Shown here: positions 59,241-64,000 of the stretch, piece after piece
Numbering within the stretch: the first letter of the stretch is position 1
How the letters are laid out: every line of letters begins with the position of its first letter
Source of the DNA: a virus
Reading direction: 5' to 3' (one strand)
IMG/VR virus record: IMGVR_UViG_3300009593_000014
Location: 1 to 64,000 of that record
Length of the DNA stretch: 64,000 nucleotides
Position numbers and translations under genes: made by a program
The notes under the pieces: generated by a model
The model's input: only the letters and a program-made list of their open reading frames with translations
Database searches by the model: none
What the model was told of the DNA's origin: nothing

Positions 59241-59573
59241 ATGGAAGATATAACACACCCAGAAAATAATAACATTTCAAGAAAAGACGGAAGTCAATTC
59301 TGGTATGAACTTAGCGAAGCCAATCCTGATGCCATTCTTTTTGATGGACCGGGCGATGATGATTTTTTTGATTCATGCATCGTAGGTTACGCTTGGAGAA
59401 TAAATATGGAACCTGTTGTTGTTTATGATGAAGAAAAAATGATAGAAGTAATGATGTTTGAAGGAGAGCTATCCTATGAAGAAGCAGTCGAATATTTATC
59501 TTTTAATACTTTTGGCAGTTGGTTTGGAGATGGAACTCCTCTTATATTGAGATCATCAAAGAATGTACTGTAA
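59241..59573 (+). CDS. conserved hypothetical phage protein
   Basis: FDSCIVG...VVYDEEK...EEAVEYLSFNT.G.W.G..TP motif. Confidence 0.75.
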   Translation: MEDITHPENNNISRKDGSQFWYELSEANPDAILFDGPGDDDFFDSCIVGYAWRINMEPVVVYDEEKMIEVMMFEGELSYEEAVEYLSFNTFGSWFGDGTPLILRSSKNVL

Positions 59574-60319
59574 TGAAGGAAGCGGAGTTTTTCTTAGGCT
59601 GCCCCGAGCCTTATTGGTTGCGTAGAGATGATGTCACTGGTCCCTTCTTTGTGTCCAGACCGAGATTAGCAAGGCTTAAGAATCTTCATAAATCCAAACA
59701 CAAATGGGCACTAGATTCAGGCGGGTTTACGCAGTTACATCAGCATGGGGCTTGGACAATCTCCTCGCAAGAATATGCCAACTTTGTAAAAAGATGTGAC
59801 GACGAGATTGGCAATCTAGAATGGGTAGCGCCACAAGACTGGATGTGTGAAGAAACAGCACTTCGTAAGAGTGGGTTAACCGTTAAGGAGCATCAAGATC
59901 GAACGGTTGATAACTTCTTAGATCTTAGACAAAAACTAGGCTCACTTGTTATTCCAGTCCTTCAGGGGTGGGATCGTGATGATTATCTAAAGTGCTGTGA
60001 TTTATACGAGAAAGCCGGTGTGGATCTATCTTTAGAAAATGTTATAGGCTTAGGAAGCGTCTGCAGAAGGAATGCAGACAAAGAAATATCTGAGATAATC
60101 GACACTCTGCAGCCACTTAATCTTCACGGTTTTGGAATTAAAGGAAAATCCTATGTAGACAACTACAATAAATTAGTATCTGCAGACTCAATGGCTTGGT
60201 CATTTACCGCTAGGCATTCAGATCCATTGCCCAACTGTAGCCATAGGAAATGCAGTTGGTGCTATGAATATGCAGACCTTTGGAGGGGTCGGATACTGAG
60301 TAGACTTGCGCCTGTTTGA
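59573..60319 (+). CDS. queuine tRNA-ribosyltransferase/DpdA-like base-exchange protein
   Basis: LDSGGF, PQDWMCE, PVLQG, GLGS, LHGFG, SADSMAW are TGT-fold motifs; C-terminal Cys cluster; TAATG-coupled start. Confidence 0.8.
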   Translation: MKEAEFFLGCPEPYWLRRDDVTGPFFVSRPRLARLKNLHKSKHKWALDSGGFTQLHQHGAWTISSQEYANFVKRCDDEIGNLEWVAPQDWMCEETALRKSGLTVKEHQDRTVDNFLDLRQKLGSLVIPVLQGWDRDDYLKCCDLYEKAGVDLSLENVIGLGSVCRRNADKEISEIIDTLQPLNLHGFGIKGKSYVDNYNKLVSADSMAWSFTARHSDPLPNCSHRKCSWCYEYADLWRGRILSRLAPV

Positions 60320-60365
60320 TATTCGGTGTATCATTGCATAGCAAGAAAAAGGAAGGAAGTCTATT

Positions 60366-60668
60366 ATGAGTGATATTTGCCCAGAAAGTATGGAAAAACT
60401 AGTATTTGCTGGTGAATCAATTACTATCAAGCTTGACTTTTGGTTCGATTCCGATCATTTTGATGACCAAGAAGAGGTTGATGAAGCTATAAGCTTCTGT
60501 CAGACAGGAGAGTTCGCATTCTGGGTTCAAGAAGCCGCAGATGCTCTGGTAGCCTCCGCTATGCACGAGTTTACGAGCACATACTCCGACTCTCCAGTTG
60601 CGAACTTGGAAAAACCATTAGGCATTACGATGTCTGCAGATATAACTTATGGCGGACCTCGTGATTAA
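60366..60668 (+). CDS. acidic hypothetical protein
   Basis: 100 aa with AAGGA SD; coupled to the next gene. Confidence 0.7.
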   Translation: MSDICPESMEKLVFAGESITIKLDFWFDSDHFDDQEEVDEAISFCQTGEFAFWVQEAADALVASAMHEFTSTYSDSPVANLEKPLGITMSADITYGGPRD

Positions 60669-61468
60669 TGAGAACATTTAGCTTCGGTGGCGGTGTCCAA
60701 TCAACTGCTGTATTGGCATTACAAGCTTTAGGCGAACTACCTAAACCATACGATGTGTATTTGTTCTCCAACGTAGGCAACGATAGTGAAGATCCTGAAA
60801 CTATATCTTACTTTCACAACCACCACCTGCCTTTTGCTGAGAAGCATGGGATACGCATAATTGAATTAATCAAGGAAAGCCGGGGCAGAGAGAATGAGAC
60901 ACTATGGGAGCAACTTCACCGAATGGAAGTTAGGTCTATCCAGATACCTGCATACAGGGTAGGAAAAGGACCCGGGGGTAGAAAATGCACCAGAGATTAC
61001 AAGATTCGTGTAGTTAGGAAATGGCAAAGACAAAACGGATCATCTAAAGATAACCCTGTAGTGATGGGGTTAGGAATTAGTGTAGATGAGATCCAAAGAG
61101 CACGAACCAGTTCCCGACATGAGGACCAGATACTAGAATATCCCTTAATTGACCTAGGAATGGACCGTGACGACTGCTTTGAAGTCATAAAAAGAGCAGG
61201 ATTACCCACTCCTCCACGTTCAGCGTGCTTCTTTTGCCCCTTTCACAGTAAAAAAGCGTGGATAGATCAAAAAGAAAACCGTCCAGAGCTATTCGCTAAG
61301 TCAGTAGCGCTGGAGAAAGTCCTATTGGAACGGTGTGAAATACATGGAAAAGAACCAGAATACCTTAGCAGATACGGTGTTCCTTTAGATGAAGCCTTCT
61401 CCGAATATGGAAACATCCCCGATGATGACGGTCCCGAAGGATGCGAAGAAGCAAGCTGCTTTACCTAA
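60668..61468 (+). CDS. PAPS-reductase-like / adenine-nucleotide alpha-hydrolase (PP-loop) protein
   Basis: SFGGGVQST PP-loop, CTRDYKI, GISVDE..R, YPLI, SACFFCPF, C-terminal C....C. Confidence 0.82.
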   Translation: MRTFSFGGGVQSTAVLALQALGELPKPYDVYLFSNVGNDSEDPETISYFHNHHLPFAEKHGIRIIELIKESRGRENETLWEQLHRMEVRSIQIPAYRVGKGPGGRKCTRDYKIRVVRKWQRQNGSSKDNPVVMGLGISVDEIQRARTSSRHEDQILEYPLIDLGMDRDDCFEVIKRAGLPTPPRSACFFCPFHSKKAWIDQKENRPELFAKSVALEKVLLERCEIHGKEPEYLSRYGVPLDEAFSEYGNIPDDDGPEGCEEASCFT

Positions 61469-62124
61469 TCGGCGGCGCGGCGGCCCCCCTTTTCTTTTTT
61501 TGAAAAAATTTTTATTTCTAAGTAACAAAACTTATTGCCAATTTTGGGCCGTGACTTAGCATTCCCCCCATTCCCCCATCCCCATTGCCTTAAAAAAGCA
61601 TTAACAACATCTTTTAAACCTTCCAGAAAATCAATAAAAATAATGTAGCGCAGACATTATATAGCACCAAAATATTTCCCCACGACCCCTATCCCACAAT
61701 GCTCTCACAGCCACACACAGCCCCTCTAAGGACATCCTACACACAACAGAGGTAGACACCCTTGAAGCAAGCCAAGCTAAGCAAAATACTCTGAAAAAAT
61801 AAAAAAAATAACACCCCGAAAAAGGAGGCCCCGCCCCCGCCCCATAGAAGCATAATTCCAAAAAAACAAACAAAGTTTTTCCAAAATTTAGTACATATTT
61901 AAGAAGACCTGCATATATAAAAATAAAAAATAGAATTACTGTACAACCAGTACCCATAACCCCACTACACGTCTACCCCCCTCCTCATAAGCTGTGGTTC
62001 GTGGCTCGCTCGCTCGCTTCCTTTAACATCAGGAAGATATAAGTTTGGGCTGGTAAAAAAATTAGTGTGTATTTATAACAGTTATTATGTTTAAAAATAA
62101 ATAAAAGAAATTTGTGTTAAAAGG

Positions 62125-62152
62125 TTGACATAGTTGTTTGATGCTATATAAT
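62125..62152 (+). promoter_or_regulatory. cassette 1 promoter
   Basis: TTGACA-16-TATAAT with AT-rich upstream tract. Confidence 0.75.
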
Positions 62153-62185
62153 GAACTTATCAAACAAAAGGCAGAGGAGCCAACA

Positions 62186-62515
62186 ATGCAAAAAGCAATG
62201 CGAAATATGACATCAGGAAACAACATAGAATGGTTGTCATTAGGCCGTGAATTCAACACGGCACAGTTCACAGGAACTCTTACCCATACTAACTTAATGA
62301 ATGGTCACAGAGACGGAAACATACTAGGTGTAACAACTATAGAAGATAACGTAGCAATCACTAACTACATACAGTTTCCACATACTGAATCAATCAATGA
62401 GTGGATGAACAAAGAGGTTACACTAACTGCCTCAGTCAAGACCAGAAGACTACAACACGCAGAAGAAGAAACCTATCTTCACACTGCTAACGCTTGGTCA
62501 ATACGCTTAGCATAG
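62186..62515 (+). CDS. cassette 1 hypothetical protein (109 aa, possibly OB-fold-like)
   Basis: GAGGAG SD before ATG 62186; beta-rich. Confidence 0.75.
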   Translation: MQKAMRNMTSGNNIEWLSLGREFNTAQFTGTLTHTNLMNGHRDGNILGVTTIEDNVAITNYIQFPHTESINEWMNKEVTLTASVKTRRLQHAEEETYLHTANAWSIRLA

Positions 62516-62530
62516 TTAACCAAAGAATAG

Positions 62531-62559
62531 AGACCGGCCCTTATGGGTCGGTCTTTTTT
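62531..62559 (+). terminator. intrinsic terminator, cassette 1
   Basis: GACCGGCCC-TTAT-GGGTCGGTC followed by T6. Confidence 0.9.
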
Positions 62560-62805
62560 CTTTTGTATAGGGTATTCGATAAGCACTAGATCCAGGAGCT
62601 CCGCCTATCTGCCTGTGGTTCGTGGCTCGCTCGCTCGCTTCCTTTAACGTCAGGAAGATATGAATGGGGCAGTAGCTAGACTTAAGTATGTATTTGTAAC
62701 TAGATATATGGTTAAAAGAAATAGTTAAAGTTTTTAGTTGCAAGGTTGGTATTGACTGTCAAATTTGTAAACTAGATATATCGGCAAGAGTAAAGGATAA
62801 AACAA

Positions 62806-63102
62806 ATGCCACTAATAATAATAAACAAGACAGAAGAAATACCGGAAGAATGGAAGCAGCAAGACGGAAGATACCAAACACCAATGGTAATGGTTGACTT
62901 TGGCAACGTGCACAGTAATGGTGGTTTCGGTACTCACTTAACATTGGCCCCAACAGTAGAGACCAGCGAATGGCGCAACGCTTATGGAATAGAGTTCCAT
63001 CATGATGCAGGCGCTTATCGTCAAGTAACATCTGCACCGTGTAAGTTTATCGGCATAGCACAAAACGACGGTTCCATCTTCTGGACTTATATTCCACAAT
63101 AG
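62806..63102 (+). CDS. cassette 2 hypothetical protein (98 aa)
   Basis: AAAGGA SD; candidate promoter TTGGTA-16-TAAACT at 62746-62773. Confidence 0.75.
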   Translation: MPLIIINKTEEIPEEWKQQDGRYQTPMVMVDFGNVHSNGGFGTHLTLAPTVETSEWRNAYGIEFHHDAGAYRQVTSAPCKFIGIAQNDGSIFWTYIPQ

Positions 63103-63115
63103 GACAAAAGAGAGA

Positions 63116-63144
63116 AGCCGGCCCTTAATAGGGCCGGTTTTTTT
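63116..63144 (+). terminator. intrinsic terminator, cassette 2
   Basis: CCGGCCCT-TAAT-AGGGCCGG followed by T7. Confidence 0.9.
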
Positions 63145-63340
63145 CGTTATATAGGGTGTTCGAGAAGCGTCTATTATTGAAGCTTCCCTGTCTTGCTGTG
63201 GTTCTTGGCTCGCTCGCTCGCTTCCTTTAACGTCAGGGGAATAGTAGTTTGGGCTGGACTAAGATTTAATACATAAATGATTGCAAAACTAGACTTAAGA
63301 CTATAAGATAAAAATATCAACAAAAATAAAGGATAAAGAT

Positions 63341-63517
63341 ATGACAATAACCAATAAACAAGTACAGATATTCAACACGGTGGCTAATCAACCCCGCTGT
63401 TGGCACTGCGAGGAGGATCTCTATTCTGACCATGAGACCGCTCATAGAGAGTTCGTAATAACAATGCATCATGCCTTCCATATCGCGTGCTACTTCGACC
63501 ACACAAACGATCAATAA
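63341..63517 (+). CDS. cassette 3 small Zn-finger-like protein (58 aa, below cutoff)
   Basis: TTGCAA-17-TAAGAT promoter, AAAGGA SD, CWHC...HIAC. Confidence 0.7.
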   Translation: MTITNKQVQIFNTVANQPRCWHCEEDLYSDHETAHREFVITMHHAFHIACYFDHTNDQ

Positions 63518-63672
63518 GGCTGTGTTTCGTGGCTCGCTCGCTCTCTCCCTTTAACGTCAGGGGAATTTAGGCATATAGATACGGTGTTTTTAATAGGTAT
63601 TTATTAAATGCTTGACAAGACTATAACTATTAAATTAATCTGTAATTTATAAGCAACAGATGAGGAGACATC

Positions 63673-63837
63673 ATGGCTAAATATAAAGAAACCAAATGGG
63701 ATATAAAGCCTAGTTACGACTATGAGGGTAAATGGGAAGTGTTCCATATTGGACATAGTAACTACGTTCGTAGCGTACACGACACACACGCTGAAGCATT
63801 AGCAGAAGCGCGGAGACTAGACAGGGAGAATAGATAA
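63673..63837 (+). CDS. cassette 4 small protein (54 aa, DUF2188-like, below cutoff)
   Basis: TTGACA-18-TAATCT promoter, GAGGAG SD, GKWEV...SVHDTHAEALAEARRL. Confidence 0.7.
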   Translation: MAKYKETKWDIKPSYDYEGKWEVFHIGHSNYVRSVHDTHAEALAEARRLDRENR

Positions 63838-64000
63838 TGTTAGATCCGATTTATAGACGGCGTAGGATCGCTGTCAGCGCTTTATTGGCAGTGTTCGTAT
63901 TCTGGTTCTCATATCTAGGCGGGGAACTGCTTAGTAGCCTTTAACCAGCAGGCTGTGTTTCGTGGCCCGCTCACTCTCTCCCTTTAACGTCAGAGAAACT

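Larger units (their letters stand above)
61991..63993 (+). repeat. five dispersed direct copies of a 42-bp element separating single-gene cassettes
   Basis: GCTGTGGTTCGTGGCTCGCTCGCTCGCTTCCTTTAACGTCAG-like at 61991, 62612, 63195, 63519 and 63952. Confidence 0.95.

Noticed and set aside
61631-61957. 108-aa hydrophobic minus-strand ORF
   Set aside because: Arises from low-complexity T/G tracts, opposes the local gene direction and has no SD.
62004-62017. Resemblance of (GCTC)3 to the AAV Rep-binding element
   Set aside because: Short low-complexity match with no Rep/HUH gene or ITR hairpin; treated only as an analogy for iteron-like binding.
61991-63993. 42-bp repeats as a CRISPR array
   Set aside because: Intervals are ~280-580 bp, variable, and contain whole promoter-gene units. 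The only Cas-like gene is a replication-module Cas4-like nuclease.
61991-63993. Repeats as integron attC sites
   Set aside because: The order is GTT...AAC rather than RYYYAAC...GTTRRRY, there is no extended internal complementarity, and no integrase is in the window.
1-64000. Stop-codon reassignment
   Set aside because: Genes are full length and tightly packed under the standard code, and all three stop codons end genes.

Overview
The whole 64 kb window is part of a large tailed (siphovirus-type) bacteriophage genome read with the standard bacterial code. The host is probably an actinobacterium, inferred from WhiB, an actinophage-type holin, an Acidimicrobiia-like ferredoxin and promoters placed for leaderless mRNAs. 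Positions 1-52.2 kb are transcribed on the minus strand. In transcription order this arm carries a glycosyltransferase, class II RNR, portal, protease/scaffold and major capsid, then a ~14 kb island of fibre genes, a 2OG-Fe(II) oxygenase, a large lipoprotein, endolysin and two DNA-modification genes. Neck/tail genes follow (frameshifted tail chaperone, tape measure, tail tip, fibre), then HNH, phosphoesterase, holin, WhiB and a replication module (DnaB, primase, SSB, dCMP deaminase, DnaE, RecA, resolvase, Cas4-like nuclease). From 52.4 kb genes run on the plus strand: small membrane proteins, two candidate structured RNAs, ferredoxin and a sugar/DNA-modification cluster (glycosyltransferases, ColD-type PLP enzyme, C5 methyltransferase with a nested second-frame gene, FkbM, DpdA/TGT-like, PAPS-reductase-like). 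The window ends inside an array of five 42-bp repeats that separate single-gene promoter cassettes. The two most striking observations are that cassette array and an apparent programmed -1 frameshift giving the lipoprotein two alternative C-termini from ~640 nt of dual-coding DNA. All product calls come from motif recognition by eye; no searches were run.
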